64,000 bases of DNA. Origin: an uncultured bacterium. Its GTDB lineage: Bacteria; Actinomycetota; Acidimicrobiia; Spongiisociales; ZC4RG35. The stretch spans positions 131,407 to 195,406 of the forward strand of contig CAVUYZ010000003.1 of NCBI GenBank assembly GCA_963745865.1. Direction: 5' to 3'. The notes beneath the pieces were generated by a model, which saw nothing but the letters and a program-made list of their open reading frames with translations, was not told the origin of the DNA and did no database searches. Position 1 is the first letter of the stretch, and the number at the start of each line of letters is the position of its first letter. Of this stretch, positions 29,993 through 41,046 are shown in pieces. Both the position numbers and the translations under genes were made by a program.

Positions 29993-31155
29993 CCGCGATC
30001 CGCTCGATGGCCGTGCTCGTGCTGTTCGGCCTGCTCCTCGGCGTGTCGTCGTTGGCCGCGGCTTCCCCTCAGGGCGAGACCTCGTTCGACGGTTGGTCGC
30101 TCTCGGGCCGGGCTCTCGATGGTCGGGGCCAGTCAGAGGCGGTCCGGAAGGCATCGACGCCGTGCGCTGAGGTGCACTCGTTGATCGAGGCGTACAACAC
30201 GTCGGAGCCGTGGATCTCGGAGACTCCTCGCCGCGGGACGTGGCTCGACGGGTACTTCGACGATCGCGGTGACACCTCGTACGCCACCCGTATCACGCCG
30301 ATCAATTTGTCCGGCTATCAGATCGACTCGGTGCAGGTGTGGGCCGGTGTCGACATGTTCGAGGCGTTCGAGACCTGTACGACCATTCACAACACTGGCT
30401 GGCTGCCGGCCGGTTCCGGGATCCTCGCGATCGTCGGGACCGATGATCCGGGTTGCGACTACGGGGAGCTCGCCTTCGTGCGCGCTCACTTCCTCTACCG
30501 CCCCGACTGGGGCTGGTCGTTCGCCCCCGGCACCAACCTGACCGACGACTTCGACGGCTTCGAACTGGCCGACAGCAACCCGCTCGAGGTGGTGTGTGGC
30601 CGGATCTTCCCCGAAGACGTCGACGTGGCCGGGTTCAGTGAGTCGGTCCCGTCGGTCCAGGTGAACCACAACCCGATGCTGTCCGGGCTGGCGGGCCTCG
30701 AGACGTGGCTGTGGTATGACTTCGATCGCGCCGACAGCCCGTCGTCGCTGGTGGGCACGGCCTCGATCGTGTCGAGAGGGGCGAGCTGGACGCTCGAAGC
30801 CGAAGCCTGGATCGACCTGATCTCCTGGGACGTCGACTGTGTCACGCAGTGCGACTACCGCGGCATGGCGTCGGCGTTCGATGGCTCTAGTCTCGACGGG
30901 CTGGCCGTCGACTTCGAGGACTCGGTCCTGGGGCCGGCCGACAACTATGACGGCGGGACTGGCATTGCGGGAGGTTTCGCCGCCGGCCACGTCTATCAGG
31001 AACGCGGCGTCTACACGATCTCGACGCGTGAGTCCTGGCGAGGTCGGTACACCTGGTCAGGAGTCTCGTATCCCTACGCAGACGTGATCGTCGCGGGTTC
31101 GCAACCATTCACCGTTGGCGAGGCGAGGGGGGTCCTCACGGCGCCGGCTCGGTGA
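29989..31155 (+). CDS. Hypothetical secreted protein
   Basis: Signal peptide MTAIRSMAVLVLFGLLLGVSSLAAASP. The start forms an ATGA overlap with the upstream lipoprotein gene. It occupies the 3' third of the spurious 1119-aa ORF. Confidence 0.55.
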   Translation: MTAIRSMAVLVLFGLLLGVSSLAAASPQGETSFDGWSLSGRALDGRGQSEAVRKASTPCAEVHSLIEAYNTSEPWISETPRRGTWLDGYFDDRGDTSYATRITPINLSGYQIDSVQVWAGVDMFEAFETCTTIHNTGWLPAGSGILAIVGTDDPGCDYGELAFVRAHFLYRPDWGWSFAPGTNLTDDFDGFELADSNPLEVVCGRIFPEDVDVAGFSESVPSVQVNHNPMLSGLAGLETWLWYDFDRADSPSSLVGTASIVSRGASWTLEAEAWIDLISWDVDCVTQCDYRGMASAFDGSSLDGLAVDFEDSVLGPADNYDGGTGIAGGFAAGHVYQERGVYTISTRESWRGRYTWSGVSYPYADVIVAGSQPFTVGEARGVLTAPAR

Positions 31156-33253
31156 CGCCTTGTCGGGGGAGGAGCGCCGGGATCACCACCAGAGCGCTCA
31201 AGGCGGCGACGGACATCGACACCCACATGATCCCCGAGATGTGATGATGGGGTCGCAAGGGTGAGAGCCAGAGGGCTGTCAGGCCGATCGCAACCCCGAG
31301 CGCGTTGGCGACGATCGGGCGACCGGCAGATCCGATTGCCCGAAGGACGTATCCGTCACCGCCGGCCCTGGCATGGTCGATCGCTGCCACGAAGTGAATG
31401 GCATAGTCGATGCCGACTCCGATGACGATCGACGATGCGACGGCGGTGATCAGGTTGAGTTGGATCCCCGAGGCTGCGATGAACCCGAGCAGCGCGACGA
31501 TCGTCAGCACCAATGGCACCAGGGCGACGAGGGTGGGCCTGAGCTTCCGGTACGTGCTGTAGAGCAGGATTCCCACCAGCAGCAGTGCCGCGATCACGGA
31601 CCACACCTGGGCGCCGATGATGAGTCGGGCCATCTCGTCCCAGAGAACCGGGAGACCGGTGATGATCCGCACCTCGTCGCGCTGGTCGGCGAAGTCGAGC
31701 CATCCTCGGAGGTCGTCGTTGGTGTAGCCGCTGGGTAGCAGCAGGAATCGGAGGCCGTCCTCGGACACGAGGTCGTCGATCGGAAGGGTGCCGTCGCCGG
31801 CGAGTGCAGATGCTACGGCCTCGGGTGGCAGCGCAGCGAGGATGTCGGCGGCTGAGAAGACCGAGCGCACACCGGGGAGTTCGGACAGGTCGGCCGAGGC
31901 AGCCTGGGCGCTCGCGAGCGATGTTCCAGGGTCGGATCGATCGAACGCGAACTCGCCGATGAGCGGCGTCGCGCCGCCGAACAACTCCTCGGTCCGGTCG
32001 AACGAGGCTCTGATCTCGTGATCGAGCGGGAACATGAACAGCGGGTCGGAGTCCACCTCGAGCTGTGGGATGAAGATCGCGCCGAACACCACGACCGTCG
32101 TGACGAGGGCCGGTGCGGTCCAGCGCCTGACCACCAGCCACCGCAGACCGGATGTGAGGCCGGGGCCGAGGATGGGCGCCCGGCGGGGTGGGCGGATCGT
32201 GAGCTCGGCGAGGATCGCAGGCAGCGCGAAGAACGAGATGATCCCGGCGAACGTGATTCCGATCGCCGCGAACATGCCGAGCTGTCGGATCGGCCCGATG
32301 TCGGTCGCGAGCAGCGACAGGAACCCCACCGCGGTCGAGATCGTTGTCAGGATCATCGGAACGCCGACCTCCCGGAGTGTTGAGGCGATGCGATCGACGG
32401 GTTCGTCCAGTCGAGCGGCGGCCTCCTGGTAGTGCGTGACGAAATGGAGCCCGTCCGCCGAGCCCATGACCAGGACGAAAATGGGAACGATGACCGTGAC
32501 GATGTCGATCTCGGCTCCGATTGCGGAGATGAAACCGAACGTCCACAGCGAGCCGAGGAGGGCGGGCACCACCGAGAGGATGCTCAACCTGCGGTCTCCG
32601 ATGCTGGCATAGAAGGTTCCAACCAGCAGGATCAGGACAAGGGGGGGAATCGCCAACAGAAAGAGTTCCAGGATGTCGATCACGGCAGCGAAGATCGCGG
32701 GATTACCGGCGATCGTCACTTCGATCCCATCCGGTGCTGTGACATCGTCGAGTGCGCGTGCCACGGCGATGCCATCGTCTCCGGGAACGACGATCAGCAG
32801 GGTGTGCCTGAGGTCTTCGCTGAGCAGAAAACCCGAGAGCGGAGTGTCCGTGATGGCTCCGAGCATCGGCTCGGGAACGGATTGAATCAGGTCGACGGTG
32901 ATCGACGACCCGTCGAGCGGGTTGGTTGCCGGTATGACCGTTGTGACCGCCTCGACGCCGTCGACGCTCGCGACCTCGTCCCGGAACTCCACCAATCTGA
33001 CCAGATTGTCCCGCTGAGCGAACGTCTCACCTTCCGGCAGTGACAGCACCATGTTGATGGGATCCGACGTCCCGTACTTTTCCTGGAGCGCGGCGAACGC
33101 CTCGCCGCGGTCGTTGCCCTCGGTGATGAACGACGTCACGTCCGCATTGAACGAGATCCGGAACAGGGAGGCGACGGCAAGGATGGTGACGAGCGCGGTG
33201 AGGCCGAGGACCCGTCGGGGGTGTCCGGCGAGGGCGGCGGCGATTCTGTTCAT
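31136..33253 (-). CDS. MMPL/RND-superfamily membrane transporter
   Basis: MNRIAAALAGHPRRVLGLTALVTILAVASLFRISFNADVTSF. The protein has two 6-TM bundles and is about 705 aa and intact. The start forms an ATGA overlap with the marR stop. Confidence 0.85.
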   Translation of the reverse strand: MNRIAAALAGHPRRVLGLTALVTILAVASLFRISFNADVTSFITEGNDRGEAFAALQEKYGTSDPINMVLSLPEGETFAQRDNLVRLVEFRDEVASVDGVEAVTTVIPATNPLDGSSITVDLIQSVPEPMLGAITDTPLSGFLLSEDLRHTLLIVVPGDDGIAVARALDDVTAPDGIEVTIAGNPAIFAAVIDILELFLLAIPPLVLILLVGTFYASIGDRRLSILSVVPALLGSLWTFGFISAIGAEIDIVTVIVPIFVLVMGSADGLHFVTHYQEAAARLDEPVDRIASTLREVGVPMILTTISTAVGFLSLLATDIGPIRQLGMFAAIGITFAGIISFFALPAILAELTIRPPRRAPILGPGLTSGLRWLVVRRWTAPALVTTVVVFGAIFIPQLEVDSDPLFMFPLDHEIRASFDRTEELFGGATPLIGEFAFDRSDPGTSLASAQAASADLSELPGVRSVFSAADILAALPPEAVASALAGDGTLPIDDLVSEDGLRFLLLPSGYTNDDLRGWLDFADQRDEVRIITGLPVLWDEMARLIIGAQVWSVIAALLLVGILLYSTYRKLRPTLVALVPLVLTIVALLGFIAASGIQLNLITAVASSIVIGVGIDYAIHFVAAIDHARAGGDGYVLRAIGSAGRPIVANALGVAIGLTALWLSPLRPHHHISGIMWVSMSVAALSALVVIPALLPRQGVTEPAP

Positions 33254-33807
33254 GGTGTCGTCCTCGTCTCTCCGTGATCCGGGTTCCATTCCTGCATTGC
33301 CGCGGATCCGGCTCGGATCGCGGCGGAGACGCGCTCGACGGCTTCTGGGCCGCCGATGGCGTCGGTCAGGGCGGCGATTCGCCCGGCGATAGTGGGCATC
33401 AGGTGGCCAAGCGTCGCGTGTCCGTGCTCGGTGAGTACCACCCGTACGACCCGACCGTCCGTGAGGTCGCGGCGGCGCTCGACCAGGCCGTCCTTCTGGG
33501 CGCGATCGACGGTTGCGGTCACAGTCGGCTCCTTGACGTCGAGATGGCGGGCGAGCTCGCCGATGTTCGCGCCCGACCCATCAGACTGGAAGCGGAGTGC
33601 GATCAACAGTCGCCAGCGAGCAGGCGACAGCCCGTACTCGACCAACGGGCGGCTCGTCACCTCGAGGAGATCGACCATCGCCATGGCGAGTGCCAGTGCG
33701 GGCATGATGTGATCGGTCCTGATCCCCGGCAGGGCGCTACCGACCTGGTCCGCGAGGTCGGCCGAGAGGTCCCCGAACGGGAAGAAGTCCTTGATGGTCG
33801 ATGCCAT
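33250..33807 (-). CDS. MarR-family transcriptional regulator
   Basis: LSPARWRLLIALRFQSDGSGANIGELARHLDVKEPTVTATVDRAQKDGLVERRRDLTDGRVVRVVLTEHG contains a winged HTH. Confidence 0.85.
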   Translation of the reverse strand: MASTIKDFFPFGDLSADLADQVGSALPGIRTDHIMPALALAMAMVDLLEVTSRPLVEYGLSPARWRLLIALRFQSDGSGANIGELARHLDVKEPTVTATVDRAQKDGLVERRRDLTDGRVVRVVLTEHGHATLGHLMPTIAGRIAALTDAIGGPEAVERVSAAIRAGSAAMQEWNPDHGETRTTP

Positions 33808-33811
33808 GAAC

Positions 33812-33827
33812 AGGATATATATAGGAT
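33812..33827. promoter_or_regulatory. AT-rich marR upstream region with the direct repeat AGGATA-n4-AGGATA. It is a possible promoter or operator.
   Basis: caggatatatataggatacctaagtaaatg lies immediately upstream of the marR start at 33807. TATA-rich sequence about 10 nt from the ATG suggests a short-leader or leaderless transcript. Confidence 0.3.
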
Positions 33828-33881
33828 ACCTAAGTAAATGTCAAGCGCCCTGACCCATGCTCGTCGATACCGGTCGCACGG

Positions 33882-35098
33882 TCAGGCGGTCGGCTCGATA
33901 CGACGATGCGCATACAGATACGCGCCGGCGTTCCATGTCTGTTGCCGCGCTCCCTGGGGGAGCCCGTCCGCGCTGATCCACTCGGGGAACGCCCAGTCAC
34001 CGATGGCGACCGCACGGGCAACACGTCGAAGCAACGGCTGAGCCGCCTCGGCGCCGGCGGTCACTGCGACTGCGGCCGCGTGCAAGCCGCCGACGAACGG
34101 CCATGCCGCGCGCATTGTGGTATCGCCCCGGGGTCGCGCTCCATCGCTGATCGATGGCGAGATTCGCCTGGTTGATCAGCATGCCTGACGGGTCGTCGGG
34201 GAGGATCGGGCTGAGAAAGGTACAGGACGGCCAGGGGTCGGCTGCTGGGGCGAGATGGTCGATCACTGCGGCGGCGGTTGCGGGCGGGGCAACGCCGCCG
34301 AGGATCGAGATCACGTTGGCGAGAACATCGCAGTGATCGACGAACGCCGAGTGGATGATGTGTGACACGTAGTGCTGACGGGGAAGTGATGCGAGCCTGT
34401 CGTACTCCCGCCGGATCGAGGTGTGAGCGAATCCGTGCTCGAAGAGCGCCTCCACGTCGACTGCGGGGTCAGGCCAGAACCAGGCGTCAACCGTGCGTGC
34501 GATCCGACCCGAGTCCCCGGCGCTCGTCGTGCCGAGTGCGTTCGCCAGCCGTTCGGTAGTTGCCAGAGCCCAGGCATACAGGGCGTTGACATGGAGCGTG
34601 CGTCCCGGATCTCGTGAGGGCGGCATCCATCCAGTCGGTCGACGGAGCGACCGACAACAGTCCGCTTCCGGTGACATCGAGATGGCGGAGCCAACGAATC
34701 GAGGCCGCGACTGCCGGCCACCACCCGGCGACGCGCGGGAGATCGCCCGTTGCGGTGAGGTAGGCGTCGACGGCGATCGCGAGCCATGCGCTCGTGTCGA
34801 CGGATCCTCCCTCCCCGAAATCCCACTCGTCCCGGTCGGGGAACACGACAGCCGGAAGTTGGCCGAGCGGGCTGGCCCGGGTCGTGAGCGTGTCGATCGA
34901 CGCGGCCGTCGCCGCGTGAAGCGCCGGATCGGAGGTCGCGCATGCTCCCAGTGCCGTGATCAACGCGTCCCGGCCCCAGATCCCGGCGTAGTGGTCGAAG
35001 GCTGGCGATGCGACGAAGCCGTGCGGGGTGGCGGAGCGCTTCAGCAGATCGAGGCTGCGATCGAACGCCTCGGAGGTCGAAACGGTATCGGGGCTCAT
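33882..35098 (-). CDS. Glycoside hydrolase, amylo-alpha-1,6-glucosidase/GDE_C-like, with frame breaks near 34620 and 34110
   Basis: MSPDTVST..YAGIWGRDALIT..STDWMDAAL, then LHVNALYAWAL.., then WPFVGGLHAAAV..WNAGAYLYA, spread over three frames. Confidence 0.6.
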
Positions 35099-35109
35099 GT
35101 CACCGCACC

Positions 35110-36337
35110 TCAGACCGGTGCGGGAGCCGGGCGACGAACAGCGAGCACGGCAATGGTGCACATGACCATGCCTGCTCCGAGGATGCTCAGGAACGTGTAG
35201 CCCGGCCCTGCCAGGAGTATTCCGCTCCCGGCGTTGGCGACGGCGCTCGTCGCCAGGATGATCGAGTCGATGCGCCCCTGGACGATCGCCCGCACCTGTG
35301 GCTCGACGGCAATACTCAGCATGGTGCTCCCGGCCACGAACGCCAGGTTCCATCCGATGCCGAGGAGGAACAGCGCCACCGTGAGCAGCGACGAGAGCAT
35401 CACTCGGAGCCGCTGCCGCCATGACCGCCGAGATCACAAGCACCGCGCTGCTTGCGGCGATCGCCGTTCGCGGGCCGATCCGGTCGACCAACCGTCCGAT
35501 CAGGGGGGCGAACGCAAACATCCCGAGGGTGTGTGCCGAGATGACGTTGCCGACCGAACTGAGTCCGAAGCCACTGTTTTCGATGTGGATCGGGGTGCCG
35601 GACATGATCAGAACCATCACGAACTGGCCGACCGGCATCGCGACCAGCGCGATCTGCACTCGATGATCCAGGAACGCCGATCTGGCCGTCATCGGCTCAC
35701 CCGTCCGGTTCAGTATCGAGTCGTCCACGATCGCCAGAGTCGATGGATCCGGGTCGAGCAAGATCCAGAGGATCGTGGCTGCCACTCCCATGAACACGGC
35801 GGTCGCAAGATACGCTCCTGCGTACTCGATGGCGCCGAGCTGCTCCGCCAACCGTCCTGCGGGGTCGAGCAGTCTTGGTCCGACGACTGCTCCGATCGTT
35901 CCGCCCCAGACGACGAGGCTGAGCGCGGCGCCTCGCTTGGCGGGCTCGACCAGCTCTGCGGCGGTGTAACGGGACAGATGGGATGCGGCATTCCCGAACC
36001 CGAGAACCGCCATTCCCACGAGCAGCACCACGAACGTCTCGGTGAAGACCGACCATGCGGCGATCGCGGCCCCAAGCGTGGCGGAGAGGGTGCCGATGAT
36101 CAGTGAACGTCGACGACCCCGCCGGACCACGACGCGGCCCAGGATCGACGTGCCGATTGCGGTCGAGATGACTGCCGTCGCCGACGGCACACCCGCCATC
36201 AACTCCGAGCCGGTGATGGCGCGGGCCGCCAGCGTCGACACGGTGATCGCGGCGATGTAGCCCGTACTCATCGCTCCAACGGAGGCGACGAGCGTCCATG
36301 TGAGTTTGCGGCGGATCGGGTCGAGGCTCGACATCAC
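35110..36337 (-). CDS. MFS transporter with one frame break near 35400
   Basis: The N-terminal 300 aa are in ORF 34487..36337 (multi-TM). The C-terminal TMs are in ORF 35110..35403. Confidence 0.7.
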
Positions 36338-36450
36338 CGGCAGCGTACGTCCGGCGTGTGCTCGGCCTGATCGTTGGGTCGAGCGCAGTTGGGGAGTCAG
36401 GAGCGGAGCTACCGGTAGCCTCGGCCATGGTGAGGCACGATCTGAGACCG

Positions 36451-37390
36451 ATGATGGCGGCTTCTGCCGCAGAGCCCTTCGACGATCCGGCGATGGTCAT
36501 TCGAGCCGAAGTGGGATGGCGTGCGGGCATTGGTGCATGTCGACGACGACGTGCGAGCGGTCTCTCGGAATGGCAACGACATCACGGGCGCCTACCCGGA
36601 GCTCGAGGGCCTCGCCCGGCTCCCGGCGGGGACGGTGGTGGACGGCGAGATCGTGGCCTTCGTCGACGGGCGGCCCTCTTTCGAGTTGCTTCAGTCAAGG
36701 ATGCACGTCCGCGCTCCCAGCTCGTGTCAAGGCTCTCATGGCTCGCGTGCCCGTTGTCTTCATGGCGTTCGACCTGCTGGTCGATTCCGGTGAGGACATC
36801 ATGGATCTCCGGCTCCCGGATCGTCGAGCTCGTCTGGAGCGGGTGATGCGATCCGAGGGACCACCTGCACGTGTCTCCTCAGGTGCTCGGGGACGGGATA
36901 GCGCTCTTCGGGGCCGCCAAGGAACGAGGGCTCGAGGGGATCGTGGCCAAACGACTCGATTCCGTCTACGAACCCGGGAGGCGGAGCCGATCGTGGCGCA
37001 AGATCAAGGTGGTCCACGAAGTCGATGCGGTCGTGGTGGGCTGGCGGCCGGGAGCCGGACACCGGCAAGGTGCGATCGGATCGATCGCCCTCGGTCTCTA
37101 CGACAAGGGGAGTCTCCGCTATGTCGGATCGGTCGGCTCGGGGTTCGACGATCGATCGCTCGCGGCGATGGCCGAACTGCTCGACCACTACGCCATCGCC
37201 GAACCTCCGATCGAGTGCCTCCGCGGTGCCGTCAGCCGATGAGGTTTCATGGGTCAGGCCCGAGCTGGTGGCGGTCGTCGAGTACCGGGAGGTGACGTCG
37301 GCGTTCCACCTGAGGGCCCCGGTCTTCACGGGAATGAGGAGCGACAAGGCGCCCGAGGAGTGCACGCTCGATCAGCTCGCGCTCGCCTGA
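36451..37390 (+). pseudogene. ATP-dependent DNA ligase (LigC / LigD ligase-domain type), with at least 5 frame breaks
   Basis: EPKWDGVRALVHVDDDVRAVSRNGNDITGAYPEL contains the KxDG motif. Also EGIVAKRLDSVYEPGRRSRSWRKIK and WVRPELVAVVEYREVTSAFHLRAPVFTGMRSDK. The pieces are scattered over three frames. Confidence 0.75.
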
Positions 37391-37478
37391 CGCGCCAGTT
37401 CATCATCCTGGCGGATGACACCGGACATCGTCCCTGAGGGGGATTCGGCGAGGGCTGGCTCGGCGGTACGCTGCCTGC

Positions 37479-38658
37479 ATGGAGCGAAGATCCCGACTCC
37501 CGACGATCGTCGTCGACTCCCTGATCGCATTCGGTGTTTTCGGCTTGGCCCTTCTGCAGCCGTGTCGACATCGGCGATGGCGCCGACGTGTTCAGCCGGG
37601 AGCCGGACACGCTCAACCTGATCCTGATCGCCGCCCAGACCCTGCCGCTGATCTTCAGGCGTCGGTATCCGGTCTCGGTGATGATCATTCGTCCTGGCTC
37701 GCATTCGCGATCGACCGGGTGTTCGACTACCCGACGACGCTGGCGACGAGTGGCGTCATCCTGGCCATCCATGCCGTCGGAAGCGAGCTCCCGGCCAAGC
37801 GCTCGTTCCGGGTCGGGTCGGCGGTCGTCGTCGAGCACGACGGCATTCACAGTGGTCGGAGCCTCTGACGCTGGATTCGGTCGGAGCTGCAGAGGTCGGA
37901 ACCACATTCCTGGCGACGGCGCTTCCGCTGGTGCTGGGCCGCGAGGTGTTCCAGCGGCGGCGTCGCCTCGAGGAGCTCGAGGAGCGGGCGGAGCGGGCCG
38001 AGCGGGAACGTGAGGAACGTGCGCAGCGCGCCGTCGCCGAGGAGCGGGCGCGGATCGCCAGGGAGTTGCACGACGTCGTTGCCCATCAGATGACGGTCAT
38101 GACGACTCCAGGCGGAGGGCGCCACGGCGGATCGCCGGCGAAACGGATCATCGGGTGACCGATGCGCTGGCCACGATCAGCCAGGCGGGTCACGAAGGCC
38201 TGTCCGAGATGCGGCGGATGGTCGGTTTGCTCCGAACCGGCCCCGAAGGCCCCGACTTCACCCCTCAGCCCGGAGTCTCACGAATCTCCGATCTGGTCGA
38301 GCACATGGCCGATGCGGGACTCGACGTGACGTTCGAGACGGAGGGAACGCCCCGGCCACTCGCACCCGGGGTCGATGTGAGCCTGTATCGAATCGTCCAG
38401 GAGTCGCTCACCAATACGCTGCGACACGGCGGTCCCGGCGTGCGGGCAGACATCCTGCTCCGTTTCGATCCCGACGGGGTCGAAGTCCACATCGAAGACA
38501 ACGGCCGCGGGGCGGCTGCGTCGGTCAATGGCGACGGAGGCGGCCACGGAATCGTCGGCATGCGCGAGCGGGTGGCGCTGCTCGACGGCTCGTTTGCCGC
38601 CGGCCCGAGACCAGGTGGTGGGTTTGCCGTCCACGTCGACATCCCGGTGGGCGCGTGA
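37479..38658 (+). CDS. Sensor histidine kinase (HisKA_3/NarX-type), with several frame breaks
   Basis: H-box ERARIARELHDVVAHQMT. ATPase motifs LTNTLRHG..DNGRG..GHGIVGMRERV. The TM N-terminus is in other frames. Confidence 0.75.
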
Positions 38659-39308
38659 TCAAGGTCCTGCTGGTCGACGACCAGGCGATGGTGCGTGCCG
38701 GACTCAGCATGATCCTCGAAGCCGAGCCGGACATCAGCGTGATCGCCGAGGCAGAGGACGGTGCAGCCGGGGTTCGTGCAGCCATGCGCGAGCGCCCCGA
38801 TGTCGTGCTCATGGATGTGCGGATGCCCGAGATGGACGGCATCGAGGCGACCCGCCAGATCACCGGAGAGCTGAAGGACTCGCGGGTGATCGTCCTCACG
38901 ACCTTCGACCTCGACGATTACGTGTACGGGGCACTCCGGGCGGGGGCGAGCGGCTTCCTGCTGAAGGATGCCCCTCCGGACGACCTGATTGCCGCGATCA
39001 GAGTCGTTGCAGCCGGGGATGCGCTGATCGCGCCGTCGATCACGAAGCGACTGATTGCCGAGTTCGCGGGGCGCCCAGAGGAGAGCACGCGATCAAAGGA
39101 TCTCGACACACTCACCGACCGTGAGATGGAGGTCTTCGAGGAGATGGCGCGGGGACTCTCCAATTCCGAGATCGCCGAGAAGCTGTTCGTGTCCGAGACG
39201 ACCGTGAAGACGCACGTCTCGCACATCTTCACAAAGCTCGATCTCCGTGATCGCGTCCAGGCAGTTGTGGTTGCGTACGAGAGTGGCCTGATCTCACCCG
39301 GCAGCTGA
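38655..39308 (+). CDS. Response regulator, NarL/LuxR family
   Basis: Intact. MIKVLLVDDQ..VVLMDVRMPEMDG, plus the HTH LTDREMEVFEEMARGLSNSEIAEKLFVSETTVKTHVSHIF. Confidence 0.9.
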   Translation: MIKVLLVDDQAMVRAGLSMILEAEPDISVIAEAEDGAAGVRAAMRERPDVVLMDVRMPEMDGIEATRQITGELKDSRVIVLTTFDLDDYVYGALRAGASGFLLKDAPPDDLIAAIRVVAAGDALIAPSITKRLIAEFAGRPEESTRSKDLDTLTDREMEVFEEMARGLSNSEIAEKLFVSETTVKTHVSHIFTKLDLRDRVQAVVVAYESGLISPGS

Positions 39309-40122
39309 GTCGGTGCCGGTCGGCAGCACCCAATCGGCGACGCGGAGATCACCGGTCACCGACTGACGGGTCGTGGTTGCGACAACCGCCAGCACCGAGA
39401 TGGCGACGGTCCCCAGGACCAGATACATGACGAGGAGTTGGATGATCACCGCCTCGATGGGATCAGTGCCTGCGATCAACAAGCCGACCATCGCGCCAGG
39501 GAGAGCGATGAGGCCCACCACTTTGGTCCGCTCCACCTGGGGGATCAGCGCGCTTCGCGCCGACGCCGGCGCCATCTGTCGGCCGATGTCGGCACGGGTG
39601 AACCCGAGTGCCAGCATCGCCTCGATCTGTCCGACGCTCGAGGTTGCGTTCTTCTGGACCTGATCGACAGCGAGGACGGTCGACGGGAGGGCATTGCCGA
39701 TCGTGATTCCGGCCACGACGATCAGGTTGATCGGCGTCGTCTCGAACAGCCCGAAGCCGAATGCGATGGCCAAACTGGTCCCCACGGAACCGGTGACTGC
39801 GAGACCGGCAGCGAGTGCCAATCCAGGGATCTGTCGCATCGGATCTCCGCATCACCGTCCAGACCGTGATTCCGATCATGATGCCGATCCATCCCCATGC
39901 CAGCCCGATCCCCAGGGCAGAACCGAGGATGAACGAGAGAAGGAACCCAACCGCCACCAGTTGTACGGCTGCCCGGGCCGACGCCCATCCGATCCGAGAG
40001 CCGACTCCGAGGCCGAGCGCCCGAGACGCCCCGATCGCGATGACGATCAGGAGCAGCGACGCCCCGATCACGGGGATGCTGGCAGGGTCGGTCACGAGAA
40101 CCGCAGCGAATATGGACGTCAC
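39294..40122 (-). CDS. UPF0014/FetB-like ABC-type permease with one frame break near 39840
   Basis: The N-terminal TMs are in ORF 39463..40122. The C-terminal half (QIEAMLALGFTRADIGRQM..VGLIALPGAMVGLL) is in ORF 39294..39839. Confidence 0.6.
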
Positions 40123-40295
40123 AGCTGCCAGTGTGACATATCGCTGTGCTTGTTCGGTCCGCCCTCATCCCGGGGGATGAGGCCCGGGGCAAGCGCTCGT
40201 CCTCGGGGCCGAGGTCCGAACCGCCCCGCAGGGCGATGACGCCCGAGACGGTGTGGCCCACAGTGAAGACATCGGAACACACCAAGGAGGACCCG

Positions 40296-41042
40296 ATGAC
40301 ACTCGCACCGCCGAGACTCGCAACAGCCGCATCCATCGCCGACGGCATCAAGGTGTACGGGGAGGGCCAGGCGGCCGTCCGTGCTCTCGATGGCGTCTCT
40401 GCCGACTTCGAGAGGGGACGCTTCACCGCGATCATGGGCCCATCAGGGTCGGGCAAGTCGACATTGCTGCACACACTCGCCGGCCTCGACACCCTCACAT
40501 CGGGCACCGTGACCATCGGAGATCAGGATCTCGGAGCTCTCAACGACCGCAAGCTCACGATGCTCCGCCGGCAGAAGGTCGGCTTCATCTTCCAGTCGTT
40601 CAACCTGATCCCCACGCTCAGCGCCGAGGAGAACATCCTGCTGCCGCTGTCGATCGCAGGCGAGTCGCCGGATCGTGCGTGGTTCGACCTGATCGTTGAC
40701 ACGGTCGGGCTCGCCGACCGGCTGACCCACCGACCCTCTGAGCTCTCCGGAGGTCAGCAACAGCGGGTGGCGGCAGCACGAGCGCTCGTCTCCCGACCCG
40801 AGATCGTCTTCGCAGACGAGCCGAGCGGAAACCTCGACTCACAGAGCGGGGCCGAGTTGCTCGGCTTCATGCGACGGGCAGTGCGCGAGTTCGCCCAGAC
40901 CATCGTCATGGTCACGCATGATCCCGTGGCGGCCGGATATTCAGATCGTGTGGTGTTCCTCGCCGACGGGACGGTGGTCGACCAGATGGACGATCCGACC
41001 CCCGATCGCGTTCTCGACCGCATGAAGACTCTGGGAGGCTGA
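40296..41042 (+). CDS. ABC transporter ATP-binding protein (MacB/LolD-like)
   Basis: RBS aaggagg at 40284-40290. Motifs GPSGSGKSTLL, LSGGQQQRVAAARAL and IVFADEPSGNLD. Confidence 0.9.
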   Translation: MTLAPPRLATAASIADGIKVYGEGQAAVRALDGVSADFERGRFTAIMGPSGSGKSTLLHTLAGLDTLTSGTVTIGDQDLGALNDRKLTMLRRQKVGFIFQSFNLIPTLSAEENILLPLSIAGESPDRAWFDLIVDTVGLADRLTHRPSELSGGQQQRVAAARALVSRPEIVFADEPSGNLDSQSGAELLGFMRRAVREFAQTIVMVTHDPVAAGYSDRVVFLADGTVVDQMDDPTPDRVLDRMKTLGG

Positions 41043-41046
41043 CCTC

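Noticed and set aside
27796-31155. A 1119-aa ORF on the plus strand
   Set aside because: Its first two thirds are antisense to the well-supported MFS (26684-27994) and ADH (28039-29112) genes, and show the low-complexity Arg/Gly/Pro style of high-GC antisense frames. Only the last 388 codons (29989-31155) are a credible gene.
34487-36337. A 616-aa ORF suggesting an MFS-transporter / glycosidase fusion
   Set aside because: The MFS C-terminal helices and stop are in ORF 35110..35403. The glycosidase starts at its own ATG (35098). The long ORF results from a frame break near 35400.
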